A DNA stretch of 64,000 nt from Chrysomallon squamiferum (taxonomy: Eukaryota > Animalia > Mollusca). The notes beneath the pieces are model-generated. The model did not search any database and was not told where the DNA came from. It saw nothing but the letters and a program-made list of their open reading frames with translations. Every line of letters starts with the position of its first letter. Position 1 is the stretch's first letter. The stretch covers positions 1,798,001-1,862,000 of the forward strand of contig CM022671.1 in NCBI GenBank assembly GCA_012295275.1. The letters are read 5' to 3'. Position numbers and translations under genes: made by a program. Below are positions 29,156 through 62,424 of this stretch, piece after piece.

Positions 29156-30348
29156 TTTGCAGGTAACTGATGGAAAATAACTAAAGACAATATAAATAAA
29201 GGTTTTTAATTCATTTGAATCACTAATATTTACAATAATACTATATTGTTAGCTTTAGTCAAACTGTTACTCTCATATAATAACTTTTTTTTTTTTTTGT
29301 GTTAATGAACACAAAACAAAAAAAAACTAGGTTTTTAACTTTTTTGAAATTGTAACAGATTTTTAAAATGTTGATTTAAATATTAAAGCGTTTTTGCTGC
29401 TTATTCTTTTGTTATAATAGATAGTATAAAAAATGATAGTGTTACGGTAATTTGAAAATCAAATCACTGTAAATTTACTACAGTGAATTTAGAATCTAGA
29501 AGTTAAACAAATTTGCAACCCACGATCCTGAGAACAGACGAATTTTATTCGTTTAGAACTGACTTTAAACAAAAGAGTACTTAAATCCAAACTACTACTA
29601 CATCTAATTTGAAACCACACCTTTAAGATTACTTTGACACTATACTACTATGTTACATGTAAATACATGATGATACATCAGCACGTTTAAATTAAATACT
29701 AATTTTGAGATGTGTTTACTGTTTCACTTCTGCTCCATCGAACGCTTAAACTTGGCACACTTTCTTTTGATTGGTTAAGTTTGAGTTATTTTGTAAATTC
29801 CTCCATTTCACATAGTTCATGATTTGTTCAAAGAGGTATCACTTCCAGATACTTGGGTTTCATTTGCTCCGAAATTAAATAATTCAAAATATTCTTTAAA
29901 TAATTAAATACGTTCTAAAATAAAGAATACAAATAAACTTTCTGCGTATCCTATGTAAAAATGTTCATACAAATGTTATCTGAGAATGAAAATACAAATG
30001 TCAAAATAATGATACAGTACAATGAGTATTATGCATATACTGTAGTATACGTATATTTGTTGGGAAAATGTTTAAGATTTAATACAACTTCATGACGCAG
30101 AAACATCACATATTTTTAACGAAACTGAAGTTTGTTTAACATGTTACTATTTGTATTTATTTATTTAATGTTAAACACTGTGCAGTTATTATAAATTGAT
30201 AAAACAATTTTTTATTGTCTGAATACATATTTCTATAGTTATTGTAACGGGTTTAATACATTATTTTCTAGTTAAAATTATAACAAAAATCTACAGTCAA
30301 CGCTGACAGGTTTTTTCATGTTTATATCATGTGACATTCAGCGCCAAA
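29156..30348. promoter_or_regulatory. Head-to-head (probably bidirectional) promoter region between SPAG5-like and TMEM17, including a likely SPAG5 5'UTR intron
   Basis: Two ATGs 1.2 kb apart on opposite strands; local rise in CpG. Minus-strand acceptor near 29181 and candidate donor (gtaaac) near 29719. CCAAT box on the minus strand at about 29770. E-box/M-box TCATGTGA at about 30327, just upstream of the TMEM17 ATG. TSS positions cannot be determined from sequence. Confidence 0.5.
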
Positions 30349-30613
30349 ATGGACGCTAAGTTTAGGAGGACGATGACAAATCTAACCGATGTTTTATTTC
30401 CAGTTAAAAAGGATGTCAGAGATCCACAGCGTGTCCAGTTGTTAAAAACAGGTTATTAATTTATTTTCTCAGTTTATTTCTAAATACATTTATTCTTATT
30501 TCTTGAAGTTTTGTGTTAGCATTTTGTTTTTATTTAGGAATTTTGTATTACCGTATTAACTTGTTTCCGAAGTAAATCGGTGTTACACGTTTAAAAACAG
30601 TTTATTAATATAA

Positions 30614-30683
<70 letters not shown>

Positions 30684-31974
30684 ACAAACTAACATTTTGA
30701 AAATATTTAAAAACAAAGTACATTCCACTGACATTTAAATGAAGAATGTTAAATCTGCGAATGTTTCAATGTTTGTGTTCAGTAATTTCACATTAACTTG
30801 ATTAAATGATTTATGATCACTTTAAATATTGTTAAATATATATTTTATTTATTTTGAAGGATGTTTAGAATACGTTCTTGTAGTGAGTAAGATTAAAACA
30901 ATATCATTTTATATTTTGCTCTTTATTTTTAGCATTTTTATTTTATTTTTATTTTATTTTAATTGTTGTTTTTTTTATGATTATTATTATTATTTAAAAT
31001 GATAAATATTTTTTTAATATTTTTTATTTTTATTTTTAATTTTTTTTAATTTTTAATTTTTTGCAGTTTATCTGTTAAACATTAAAGAAATTATCTTTTA
31101 AGTAGCCAGAATTTATTACTAACTATTACCTAAGGACTCTCTACTGACAGTTTGGTTTATTATGAAGCATGAATGAATAGTCATCGTCATGAAAACATAT
31201 ACATATGACATGTAAATAATAATAATTGTTATTATTGCAGGACATGAGTATGTTACCAACCTCCCACTTCAGATGGCATTGTACTTTAATGTGTTCTATT
31301 CACCATTCTGGGTGATCAGCAGTCTTGTCATTCTGGCAGCAAAAGTAAATTTGTATTATTACTATTATTATTACTATTTTATTATCTTCAAAAATAGAAT
31401 TTTAAAACTCAATAATAATATAACAATAAATACATGAATTTGTGTGTAATATGTTTTATTACCAGATTGTGTTGGATTCTGACATAAATGTTTATATAAT
31501 AACATTCTAAGAGAAGAAAGCATCAGCTGCTACACTTTAGGCTAAATTTATGATTTGATGGTCTTCAGTTTTCTCTTTCATAATTTGTAGTCTTAATCAT
31601 AGCTAAGGACCATATATCTGAAGCATAAAATTATATTAAGTACATCATGAAATAGAATCCATATTTTCTTCAGAAAAAGGGTTCTTTTGATAATTCAGTA
31701 AGGCTTCTTCTGTATGTAACTGTCAGTAGACAACAGAATATTATATACATCTTACATTCTTTGAATTACATTTTATAAAGTATTTATATATTCATTATCA
31801 TTATCATTATTTTGATTGATTTTCAGTTTGATTCTCTGGACATTCTTTACCAGATTATACTAACAGCCATATATATTGCCTACATCATCATAGAAATTAT
31901 TCGTCTTTATCTAGGCTATGTTGGAAACCTCATGGAGCGGGTAAGTCATTATAATTTTCATGTTATTAACTGTA

Positions 31975-32037
<63 letters not shown>

Positions 32038-32695
32038 GATCCAAATTACCTTATTTTCAGAATTAATATTAATTATAAAAACTAAATTAAAAAAAAATTA
32101 AAATTGAAAATTTATATTTTTCACAAATGAGATATTGACAGTGTGTATTAAATAATAATATGTATGTGTGTGTGTGTGTCTGTTCATGACATAATACAGT
32201 ACATATATGGTAATCAACTAGCAGGTGTTTATGAAGTAATTTCATATAGCATGTTATGTGTAGATTAAAATACATTCATCAGATACCACTGTTGTGACTA
32301 AGGTGACAGATGAATACATTTTTTTAGATTTTCCAAACACAGTTAATAATTAGTAACTGCTGGGCTATTTCATCATACAGGTATATTTTTCCCAATCCAA
32401 ATTTCAGGTTCCTGAGCTGGCTGGATTCTGGTTGCTGACCTTACTACTTCAGTTTCCACTGATAGCTGTATTGCTGTTCAATGAACAGTCAAAGATTCTT
32501 CCACTCGAAAGAGCAATGCACATCATCAAAGCCATGTTTATAGTTTTTGAAATGATCTGTGGTTATTTTGCAATCAGGATCATGGTCAATTATCAAGTGA
32601 CTAAGTTTCATCTTCAGCAGTTTACTGATTTGAGCTTAGAAAAAATTGACCTGTCACCAGACACATATTATCCAGAAACAAGATACAACTGTTAA
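30349..32695 (+). CDS. TMEM17: Transmembrane protein 17, ciliary transition-zone (MKS module) protein; 4 exons
   Basis: Exons 30349-30451, 31241-31344, 31827-31940, 32408-32695. Motifs NLPLQMALYFNVFYSPFW, IEIIRLYLGYVGNLMERVPELAGFWLLTLLLQFP and LPLERA match the TMEM17 family, and the 4-exon layout fits. Confidence 0.93.
30617..30682. repeat. (AAT)n abutting (TAT)n palindromic microsatellite in TMEM17 intron 1; representative of many AAT/ATT tracts in the window
   Basis: Direct reading. Other tracts at about 7256-7322, 31985-32037, 35107-35153, 45033-45100, 45943-45989, 50534-50595, 55571-55630, 56756-56810 and 57090-57143. Confidence 0.9.
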
Positions 32696-35106
32696 TGTTA
32701 CAAATGTCTTATTTTACTTTCATCAGCTGACAAAATATGCTGCTGATTTTCATTAACAAATTAGGAAATAACTGATTTGGCAAAATACCCCTAATGTCCA
32801 GGCACCAGATACTAAAATATAATAATAATCTGAAGCAAGTTCTCTCCAAAGAAACTGAAAATTGGTAGATCTGACATAAGACTAAGGTAGAGTGAAAGGT
32901 AGAGTGTTTAATCATTAAAAGACTTCCAGCTAACATATAGTTGACATATAAACAATAATCAGTTTATTTTCAAATTTAGAAAAAAATACCTTTTAAAATT
33001 AAGCAGGAGACCAGACACAAAGATGGAGTATAATTAAAAGTGTTTAACTTGATTAAACTCTGGCTAGTCTAGTGATAACTTCTTGATTTCACAAACTAAT
33101 GAAAACTACAGATCCACTCACTGTTTAATTGGATCCATATATTTTATATATAACAGAAATCTAACAGACTAATACAGATATATTTTAAAGACTCATAAAA
33201 ACATAATTTTTAATTATATCAGTTATAAATTAGCACACTAAATGTGATACTATTTTGTAGTAGAAAAAAGAAAATCAAATGATTAAACTGTTTTTCTATT
33301 GCTTACAAAAGAAAGGAATCTTTTAAATGTACATCTTTAAATTCAGTTCCATTTCAGTTTTAAAAAAGCATTATTTGTGCCTTAAATTATCTGTATGTGT
33401 TCAAATATTGGAATAAAAATATTGATTCATTTACTGTATTTATTAAAATAAGCACCTGTGATACTGTCATTTCTGATTAGGAAAATATGTAATATGTGCA
33501 TGTTAATTGTAAGTAATCGATGTGTACATTAAAGATCTTTCATTTCCATATCCAAAATTGAAAATAAACTATTCCAAAGATTAACAAAAAAAAAATGAAA
33601 TGCCTTGAATTATAAAGAGCTAAATGAAGAAAAGTAAATATTTTTTTTAATAATGTTATATAAACCTTTATTTTAATTTTTAAATTTTTTTTTTTTAATG
33701 AATGTGAAAATTGTTTCAGTAATTTATATTTATGACTCACACAGTTTAAATAGACATGAACTGCATCTAAGTATTACATTTTTCATTTGACCAGATGTGG
33801 TGTAGTATGTATAATGTATACGACAGATTAAAGTTACATACAAATATGATCATAACAGTTAAATAAATTTATGAGTTTGGGATTAAAATTTTGTAAGTTT
33901 AGGTTTCAGAAATTTCAGATGTCAAGCATAATTTAGAAAAGTAAATATTTTTGTTTAGTTAGTTATATTATTTTGATATTAATTATCATAGGTTTTTGTT
34001 ATTTATAATTTAGAAGAAAAAAACCCAATATATATGGTTTTTTATTTGTTGTATTTACTAATTTTTTATTATTTATGGAAATATTTGAGCTAAACACTAT
34101 AATGAGAAATAGCAGTTTGTTGATTGAGCTTTGTTTATATAAATCAGCTGTCTACATTAACTTAACTGTGTTTTTCATACAGTAGAATGATAGTAATTTG
34201 ACCAGTGTGGTGATGTGATTGAGTATTTAAACTGATCTCTTTATATTAACTAAAATGTTTTAGTCATCAAACATAACTAATGGTGGCATATTCAGCTATA
34301 TCAATCATGAAGGTGAGATTTAATTGAAATACATGTCATAAAACCATGCACAAATTACTTCAGTTACCTTTGTAAATTATTTATAATCATGTGTTTTTAC
34401 CCTATTATGGAAAGTACTGAAGCATTTCCAAAAATCCTTTATCTGTAAATAATATTGTGTCAAAAGTACTTTGATGTTTACATTTTATTCATTTATTATT
34501 TTTATTTTTTTTTTTTTATTTTTATTTTTATAATACGATTCATTAGTCATTATAGTATCATATCAGAATCTTGATAGTTTTATTTATGTTAGACATTAAT
34601 TTTACTAAATATAAATATCAAGATTATAGTTCTATATATTTTGTATGGTTGGTGTTAATATTAAAATTCTGCTCTATCATAGCATATTGATGTAAAGTTA
34701 TTTATTATGTAGAATAAATGCATAATATAAATAAAATACTAAATGTTTTTTGTTTATTTTATTAGAAGTAATTACAGTTGAAAATAGTAATAACTTGATA
34801 ATCATTAAGGGTGAAAGTGTGCATTTTGACAACAATTAAAAAGTACAAAAACATGAAACAAAAAAGAGGAGAAAAGACAACAAAAACACATGCACACACA
34901 AAGGGGAAAAAAAAGCCACAAAAAGAAAATAACTAATCCACTCTTACATACATAAAATTAAAGAACAGCCACTGAGCTAAAATAATGATAAATAAATAAA
35001 TAAGTAAATAAATGATAAAATAAGACTAAAACAAAAACATCAACTAAACAACAACAACCAGCATATAACAATTATATTAACAGTGTCTTCAACTGTTAAA
35101 CAACAA

Positions 35107-35155
<49 letters not shown>

Positions 35156-36844
35156 GATGATAATAATAATATCTAGAATGAAAAGTGTTCGATTAAATTT
35201 TAAACGTGCACTTCATGACTCTTATCATGTGTTTTGCAGTTACTCGTATATTGACTCTAAAGTCGTTCAGTTATTCACTAACTGTCCCAGATTGGATTCT
35301 AAGTCGGCGTATATAAAGAGATTAAACTGCTGACCCATTTACTCCTAATCGGCAAGAAAATACAATGGGTTGATGGTAGTGGGTTTCATATCTACTCTCA
35401 AGATAATAATAATAATAAAAAAATAATAATAACAAATAAATAAATAATTGACTAAATTACTAAATTACTAAGTTACTAAAAATTTTTTTTTTTCACTCTA
35501 TAGAAAACCGATCGACTTTATTTCTTTTGTATTTATTAATGAATGAACGTTTGTTTACCTATGTCAACATTTCATATAAATATTTGTTTTAAGTATCTGT
35601 CAGATATTTCCTAATGATAGTCAGGGAACGGAAAACCGCCGAGACACATCGAAAATCTTATTCTACTGATTCTTTTAGCCCAGCTTCTCAACTGTAGGCA
35701 TATATATATATTTTTTTTTATCCACATCTCTGTATATTCTGGTTCCTTTTATATAAAAATTCGTGCAGCATCATTTTCTCATCAAATAGAATATTTTATG
35801 CAAAAGAATTGAAATACCCTCAAGAGAGTTGAAAACATTACACAGCAGAATGTTGTTAACGTAATTGTAGTAGCGTTAATGATCGCTTCATAAACAGTCC
35901 ATCATGCGTTCTACATTAACTTCGGATTGGTTTCATACACGAGAATTGTGCACCGTATTTGCTACGTGCAGTGATTCTTGTTTCTTGTAACTGTTTTGTT
36001 TAGGAACAGCTATTATGATACAAAATGTAGTTTTAGTGGCAGGATGAAATGACAATAGGACAGCATTAGTACGTTGGAATGATTTGTTTGTTTAGCAGTT
36101 CACTGCGGTTTAACTAACAGAATACAACAATGTGCTATACCTGGAGATGGGAATTAAAGCGTGCATAACCTTGTTTTTTGTTTGAGCAGAATGCTATTCA
36201 CGTGACAGTGTTATCGAGAAAAAAACAAAGGATCAAAAAAAGAAAAAAAGAAAGAAGAACAAAAAAGTAATAAAATCATTATTGCACGTAAAGAGGTAAT
36301 AATCTGAAAGCATGTTTCTCTCAGTCTGGAATAATGTCAAATTCTGAATCGATTTACAAAGATGATATGGACACAAAAACAGAAAAATGAAGTGTCAAAT
36401 TTTCTGAGAAAGAATTTCAAAAGTTTAGAAAATGTAACAATAAAATTACAATACCAAAACTAAGAAAAAGAACTGAAATAGAGATTACTTTTTGTATATA
36501 AAAAAAATAAAAATAAATTAATGTGCTTTTTAAAGGAAATATCGACAACAACATGTATTGCTATCAAAAACAAAAGCTTGCTGGATTATAGAAGAAACAA
36601 AGATTGAATATGATTACTGGAATTTGGACGTAGAAAAATAGAAAGGAAAGTATTGACTGTTGAATGAAAAATTCAAAAACGATGAAAACGAAGAAAAGTG
36701 CAATAAAACTGCAAGAAAAGTGATACAGTCAGTACCATAAAAAGAACTGAAAAAAAAATAAAAAAAAATAAAGTACATAATTAAATAATAAAAAAAATAA
36801 AAAAATAAAAACGCGAACGAAAACCATTACGAAGACCAAAAATT

Positions 36845-39190
36845 ATGAAGAAAATTAAAGTGGAACCTCGCGACCCACAGAGGGAAAATGAAAGTGAATA
36901 TGTCAACTTATTTTATGAAAATTCCGTATTTTTTGCCCGACTGAGTGGATTTTTTCTTGGCACAAAATGTAAGTTCAATCATGAACGTAACAGACTGAGT
37001 ATTGTTCTGGAAACCATCGTTATGCTGATATGGAATACGTTCCTCTTAGGCTACACCATACTGTTCAGTACAAATTTCTGGAGGTCGAAAGAGCTAAATA
37101 AAGGGACCTTTATTAGATGTATCTCGTTTCAGGTCTTTTATACCATGGGGTTGTTTTACTCTGTCACCATGTCGTGGATTTTACCGAAAGAGTTCCCACA
37201 GTTCATGAAAGATCTAACAATATATGATGAAGAATTTCATTTCTGTGCAAAAAACGTTTATCTTTCAAGAACAGTGAAGAGAATGAAGTACTTTTTACCG
37301 GTTTTGGTTCTGGCATTCACTATATCTTTGAATTATGTCTTTTTAAACTACACGAATATTGCTCAGATTTTCTATCCAACGTCTGGTTTCAGCGACGCCT
37401 GGCGAATCTCAACGATCACGTGTATTTTTATCGTGCAGTTCATAAACAGCTTTCAACTGATTACAAATTTCATTTTTTATTTAACAGTGTCTTACAGTGC
37501 TGTGGTCGAATTTGACACTATGTCGAAGGCTATGGAAGAAGCTATAAAGGAAAATAAAGATTTGGAAGACGTTTTGGAATTTCTTTATCACAAGCATGAA
37601 GCAATGTGTCAACTCTTATCCAGCGCAAATCGATGCATTAGACTTTTCCTTTTGCTGACTTTCGCCATTCACATGCCCGGCACATGTGTTGTTCTGTATG
37701 CCGCCATTAACGATGACGACGTTTCAGCAGAAAGTATTGGCGTGACTTGTTTGATGATTGTGTTCTCTTTGGTACTAATATTCAGCAATCTTTTGGCTGG
37801 CGGCATCGTCAGTCAGAAGGTAAGTTTATACGTTTTCGAAATAATCGTTTTCAAAGAATACTATATAGACAATTTGTTTTAGCTGGATATAGTTCAATGA
37901 GCGCACAGGTTTGATCCTTCAGCCTACTGAACCTCAGAGCGTATCTCTATCATCTGAACTAAAGACCACGCTGTGAAACCTTTAAATTGATGAGTTCAGC
38001 AGAATTTTAAATATTTTAAAATAATCTTTTTTAAAACTGGTGTGTGCTTCTTTACGCCCCAAAATGCAAATAATAACAAAGTAAAATATTCGAACTGAGA
38101 CTATTTATTTCTGACGTTTTAGAAATAACTGTACAACAACACTATTTTTCTTAACCATTGTAGACCTTTTAATACGAAAACATATACACAACACTGTATT
38201 ATATTACTGGATTTTTTGTTACAAATTTATGTATTAAAATGCATTTTGAAATCATTGAAATAGCTCATTCATTCATTCATTCATTCTTAAGGTTTGACTT
38301 GGAAGCTTTTCTTTCTTTCTTTTAAACAAATACAAATTTATCTCTTTTTTCCTTCATTTTTGTTTTTTTTCTTCTTCTCTTTGTTAGATCTAGAGCACTG
38401 AAATCTTGTTTAGTAATTCTATTATTTTCAGAGAATTGTAATTTCTTTTCGTAGGCAAGTGAAATCAGCAACTCTCTGTGGAAAATTAAACCATCATCAT
38501 TATCAGAAAAAGGTCTTCAGACTGTAAGTTTTTAATTTATTAGAATAAAAAGAATGTTTAAAATCTTAAAAAAAACAAACAAACAACAAAAAAAAAAAAA
38601 ACAGAAGAACAACAACAACACAATAGAAAACAAAATCAGTTTTAGCATAATTATGATATAATAGCTGGAGCTTTATTTTTTTTTAAATTTATTTGTTTAT
38701 TTATTTATATATTTATATATTTATATACTTACTTATTTATCATCAACGAAGATAGTATTAGATGAGAATTTATGAAAACCTATTTTCAATAATAAACGAA
38801 ACTGGTATTTTGAATTGATATTTTTATTTCTCTGTTCAAGCTGACGTTATTCGTTACCAAGCTGTGTGGACAACCATTTGGGTTCACTGTATTCGGCCTC
38901 TTCACCATTGACATGCAGGCGATATTAATGGTACATTTCTGTAGTATACCTTGTCATTTGTTATTTCTCAGTCCTTATAATTTATTATTATTATTATTAT
39001 TAATTAATTAATTAATTATAACTATATTATTTTATTTTATTATTATTATTATTATAAATTATATAATTTAATTTAATTTAATTTTAATTTTAACTTAATT
39101 TTTTATTTTTATTTTATTATTATTTTATTATTAATTATATAATTTTATTATTTTATTATTATTATTATTATTAATTATATAATTTTATTA

Positions 39191-39236
<46 letters not shown>

Positions 39237-39352
39237 TAATCATCACTAAAATCTTTCTTTTACTTACTTATTTTCAGATTCTGGGCACAGTTATGGCTTA
39301 TTTTGTTGTAGTTATCCAGTTTAAACCGTCTGGGTGCAGGGCTGACACATAA
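36845..39352 (+). CDS. Gustatory receptor-like (GRL; 7tm_7 / 7TM ion channel superfamily) protein, about 402 aa
   Basis: Exons 36845-37819, 38455-38523, 38841-38930, 39278-39352 (TAA). Several hydrophobic segments. C-terminus GFTVFGLFTIDMQAILMILGTVMAYFVVVIQF carries the G.F.id and (T)YhhhhhQF TM7 signature. One long first exon followed by three phase-0 introns is the ancestral GR/OR gene structure. Confidence 0.88.
37881..37975. mobile_element. Possible tRNA-derived SINE head fragments in inverted orientation, GRL intron 1
   Basis: Plus strand tagttcaatg...ggtttgatcc resembles A-box and B-box; the opposite strand has tagttcagatg...ggttc. No cloverleaf can be folded. Confidence 0.3.
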
Positions 39353-39476
39353 CAATGACGAACTGTTTCGAAGAACATTTGACAAATAGTTCATCTAGAT
39401 CTGTGGTTTATAACTTTTATTTTTCTGCTCCCATTTCAAATAATCTTTAAACCTAGAGCGTCCAAGTTAAACTTGA

Positions 39477-39823
39477 TACTACGGGTACCGGACCAATTAT
39501 GCGAACTCCTTGGGGCCTGAGGCATTCCGGATTTCTGTATTTTCGGTTTTCTGGAATCAAGGCATCTAAATATGTAAATAATTAGGCATAAACATTTTTA
39601 AAATTAAAAACGTAAAGAACTGAGGATACACAACTGTGGCGACTCGATAATAAACAATGCACTGAGTGAATAAAAGCCACGCGGCTTGAAAGAGTAGTTC
39701 CGTCTGGTGAGGAAAACACCCCGCGCGCACGAACTATGAAAAATAGCGTCGGGAAAAAACTTCCAGTTTTCTAGGTCTTTCCGGATTTCCGGACGCCGGA
39801 CAATTGGTCCAGTATGCGTATTA
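39477..39823. mobile_element. Candidate MITE (non-autonomous DNA transposon), about 345 bp
   Basis: Imperfect terminal inverted repeats tactacgggtaccggaccaattatgcg (39477-39503) and cggacaattggtccagtatgcgtatta (39797-39823), 21/27 matching, with TA ends. Subterminal ttccggattt motifs near both ends; GC and CpG higher than flanks. Confidence 0.6.
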
Positions 39824-40897
39824 TAGAAACGTAATAAAGTTATAAACATTTTTACTGTTTCATGGTGTTGTAAGGAGACACTTCCGCCCGGTCTCAGACA
39901 CACTGATCAAGATAAAATGTGGATGATAGACAATAACAAGTGAAATTCTGATTTCGTCACAAAAATGAGTTTTCATTCCAGTAGTTATCTTTTTCTAACA
40001 GGGACTTTTGTCATTTTATTATAATTATGATTATATTTTATATTATGTCTCGTAATCCAATACAATATATAACTGATGTTGCTTTACCTTAAATTATTTA
40101 CAAAGACTATACTCAGTTTATTGTTTGTTTGTGTATCACACTCAATCTTTGTTGATAATAAAGTATGACAGTACAGAAACAAGCTTTCTAATACACACGG
40201 AGTTTTGCATTTTATTATAATGACATAGTATCACACGCTTAAATATAGAAAAACCCTTTGTATTCAGTAAACAGTGCAAAATTTCTTTATTCATATATTC
40301 GCTGCATGTATAGTTTTCATCTTAATAGGTCTTGAATAAAATATTTAATACTTTTGACTTTGTTATAGCTGTATTGTTGTGTTTTCTTACTTATGTTATT
40401 TGGGTGTAATTTATCATTTTATTCTCAAAAATAACTCAACAAAATTAACTTTTTTGATGTTATTTAAACACTGACCACTAAGTGATTATTATTATTATTA
40501 TTATTATTTTGATTTTCCGTTGCTTATTACTTTGTGTGTGCGTGCATGCGTGCGTGCGTGCGTGTGTGTGTGTGTGTGTGTGTGAATTTATCAGTTTACG
40601 CTTGTTGTTTTGCTAATCCTTTGTTTGTTCGTAAACTTAGTAATACTTGCTTTTGCTAAGAAACAGAGACATTAAATGTTTTACTGATAATATTACATTT
40701 ATCTAGGAACTTGCAGTTTGGCTAATTTTTGTTCTGTTTAAAATTTCTCACATAATGATATATAATTACTGATATTTATTTTATGATGGATTTAGCAAAA
40801 ATAAAAAAACTGGCCGGAAAAGGCAGGTTTTCTAATTTTTTTTTCTCGATTATATCTGAATAATTTTTCTATGATTTTAATTTAAAGCATCATCAAG

Positions 40898-40933
<36 letters not shown>

Positions 40934-41254
40934 TTATTATTTTGAATCATTTTGAGTAATTCATGATGATCCATAAAACTGGTTTAAAAATAAACGAATG
41001 ATAACTTAACAAATATTAGTATAAGCCATTTTCCATTGCTGATTCGCTTTGATTTTGAGCAATTCGTATTATGTGGCCATCGAACTGTTATTTTGAAGAG
41101 TGTCTTATAGCCGTCCTTTAATTCTTATTGTGGAAAAGGTTATGTATGACTTGCATACGATTGCTGAATTCCTATTGGTTAAGAGTTAAGAGAATTACGC
41201 AAATCGATGACGTAATAGGTGAAAGATAACCTAAAAATATTCCAGAGTTTAAAA

Positions 41255-60216
<18,962 letters not shown>

Positions 60217-60340
60217 ACTTAAACAGAAACTATTTTACTTAAACAGAAACTATTTTACTTAAACAGAAACTATTTTACTTAAACAGAAACTATTTTACTT
60301 AAACAGAAAGTATTTTACTTAAACAGAAAGTATTTTACTT
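60217..60340 (+). repeat. 20-bp tandem repeat x6 starting immediately after the ABCA stop codon
   Basis: acttaaacagaaa(c/g)tatttt repeated six times directly after TAA at 60214-60216. Confidence 0.93.
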
Positions 60341-61149
60341 CAATGTTGCTGTTATAACTGATATTTCTGTTTTTGTTACAGTTGTTTTTAATATCTAATA
60401 TATGCTTTTATAATAACACTTGACTGTGATAATTCCTGTCCAATATTTATTCAGCTGATTAATTTATGCTGGTTTTGCTGGCAAGGAATGCAGTATATAC
60501 TACTAGCTTTCTGCTTTAATGTAATGAAAATATTACTTAAATACTTAATTTAGTATTCTATTTATATCTAGTGGTCAAACATTACTAATTAAAAGCATAA
60601 AAATAAAAAAAATCAAAGGCTGACCATAGTAATCATTAAAAAATGAGATTAGTTACTGCTAGGTTATAACTCAACTGACCTACAAGAGCAGAGAAATGAC
60701 ATTTAGTTAGACAACTGTACCTCAAAATGGTCTAAATGACAAAAACAGACTACAGACATACCTTGACCCTTAGATAGTAAGTCTTTTTATCTTGATGTTT
60801 TCCTTAATTATACCTGTTTACTTAACACTGATTTGGCCTGTTCTTATTTCCAGTATGTATAAGTTTTCTTCTTGTAATTCTCCTAACCCAATTGCTTTAC
60901 TGCTGTTTGAAGTCCAAGCTTATACAAATACTTTAACTTAAACATTCCTGGTCTTAATTTACTTTTCCTGGAATACAAGAAGAAACTGTGTATAGAAAGA
61001 ATAAAATAAAAACTACAATCCATGAAAAGATGTCATGGATCCAAACATCAAAATGGTGAAATCCATGAAATGTTGTCATTTCTTCAGTTTACTGGCATAT
61101 AGGTTATTCAGGATGGTATGGCCACTAAACACAAATACAACAAATGAGC

Positions 61150-61230
61150 TTGGAAGCATTAAATATTAAGTCCAGTATGGTGATGATTTGGAATAAAGGT
61201 TCCACAAAGTAATCATTGATGGAAAAGGGT
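61150..61230 (-). mobile_element. Possible very old LINE (CR1/L2-like) ORF2 C-terminal relic
   Basis: Minus strand 61228-61189 reads PFPSMITLWNLYS, resembling the FFPxxxxLWNxLP terminal motif. Short match only. Confidence 0.3.
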
Positions 61231-62424
61231 TTTAGGAGCTAGGGGCTTCTAAGAACCCTGTCAATGGCATTGGCAAAGAAAGGGAAGGAAGCTGTAAGAC
61301 CCTTTTTGAAATATGTTTTGTAACATAGTAAATTTCAAGTCCATTTTGAGTCTTTATGAACTAGGTATTATGCTTACTTACATACTCCACCAATATCCCA
61401 GTCAAATAATGATAGCTATAAAAATATATATTTAGCTAAAATAATGTGTTCCTTTTTTTCTCAGATTATTCATAATTTATAGGGAATAGTAGAGTATAGA
61501 GTGTTTACACTTCTGCATAGTTTGCTATATACATACCACGATTAGCCAACATTGATTTACAATGGATAAAAGCATCTCACAACAAAATTATGCTACAGCC
61601 AAGCGATAGCAGCTAGTATAGAATATACATACTTATTTACACAGAAAACTCCAAACATATAAAGCTATTCAATGAAGAAATTGTTGTTTTTTTTACTGTT
61701 TTTTTTATTTTTATTTATTTATTTATTTATTTTTGATACAATGGTTCATTTACGAGAGCCAAGTTAAATATAATTAAATAAAATAAACAAGTTAATTTTA
61801 ATTGGTAGAAGTGTGAAAGAGGATAGCTAGTAAATGTATCAACTGGCAACTACAAAGTAGCTAAAGTGTCCCATAGCATATTTCCATCACTGAAAGTATT
61901 TAATATTTTATGTGGCTTTCTTTAAATATTTATTTATTTACTTTTTTTTTTTTTGATTTTTATTTCAATGTATTTTTTAAAGATATAAATAAATAAATAA
62001 ATAAATAATTTTGCCTCTGTGTCCTATTCATTAACAAATGTCTTAACATTTTCAGGTCTTTTTTGTTTATATAATTATGTTTCTGCAGATATTACAGTTA
62101 TTTGAAGAGTCATATTAACTGAATGTTTCAAAACAGTGTATAAGATTAAATGTTGAATTAAATACATAAAGTTTTCATATGCCACATGTTTTATGAATTA
62201 TTATATTTAAAAAATAAATGTATAATCAATGTATGATGTACTGCATATTACAAACACATTCATGTATACCACAGTTAATGAATATTTGTTCAAATAAAGT
62301 TGCATATTTCATACAAATAATGTATCATTGGTACTCTCTGTGTTTTGTTTTTTTGTTTCTTTGTTTTAAGTTAGATATTTTGTTGTTGTTTCTTGTGTGT
62401 ATGCGTACGTGAGAAAGCAGACGT

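Noticed and set aside
35300-35400. Motif ctaatcggcaagaaaatac shared with ctaattggaagaaaatgc at about 42143, possibly a SINE core
   Set aside because: Too short and degraded to delimit an element without a repeat library.
36270-36844. Purine-rich, coding-looking stretch upstream of the GRL ATG
   Set aside because: Only short frames with frequent stops and no recognisable motif; most simply A-rich 5'UTR or intergenic DNA.
39604-39903. 99-aa minus-strand ORF
   Set aside because: Overlaps the candidate MITE, has no recognisable domain and no splice support.
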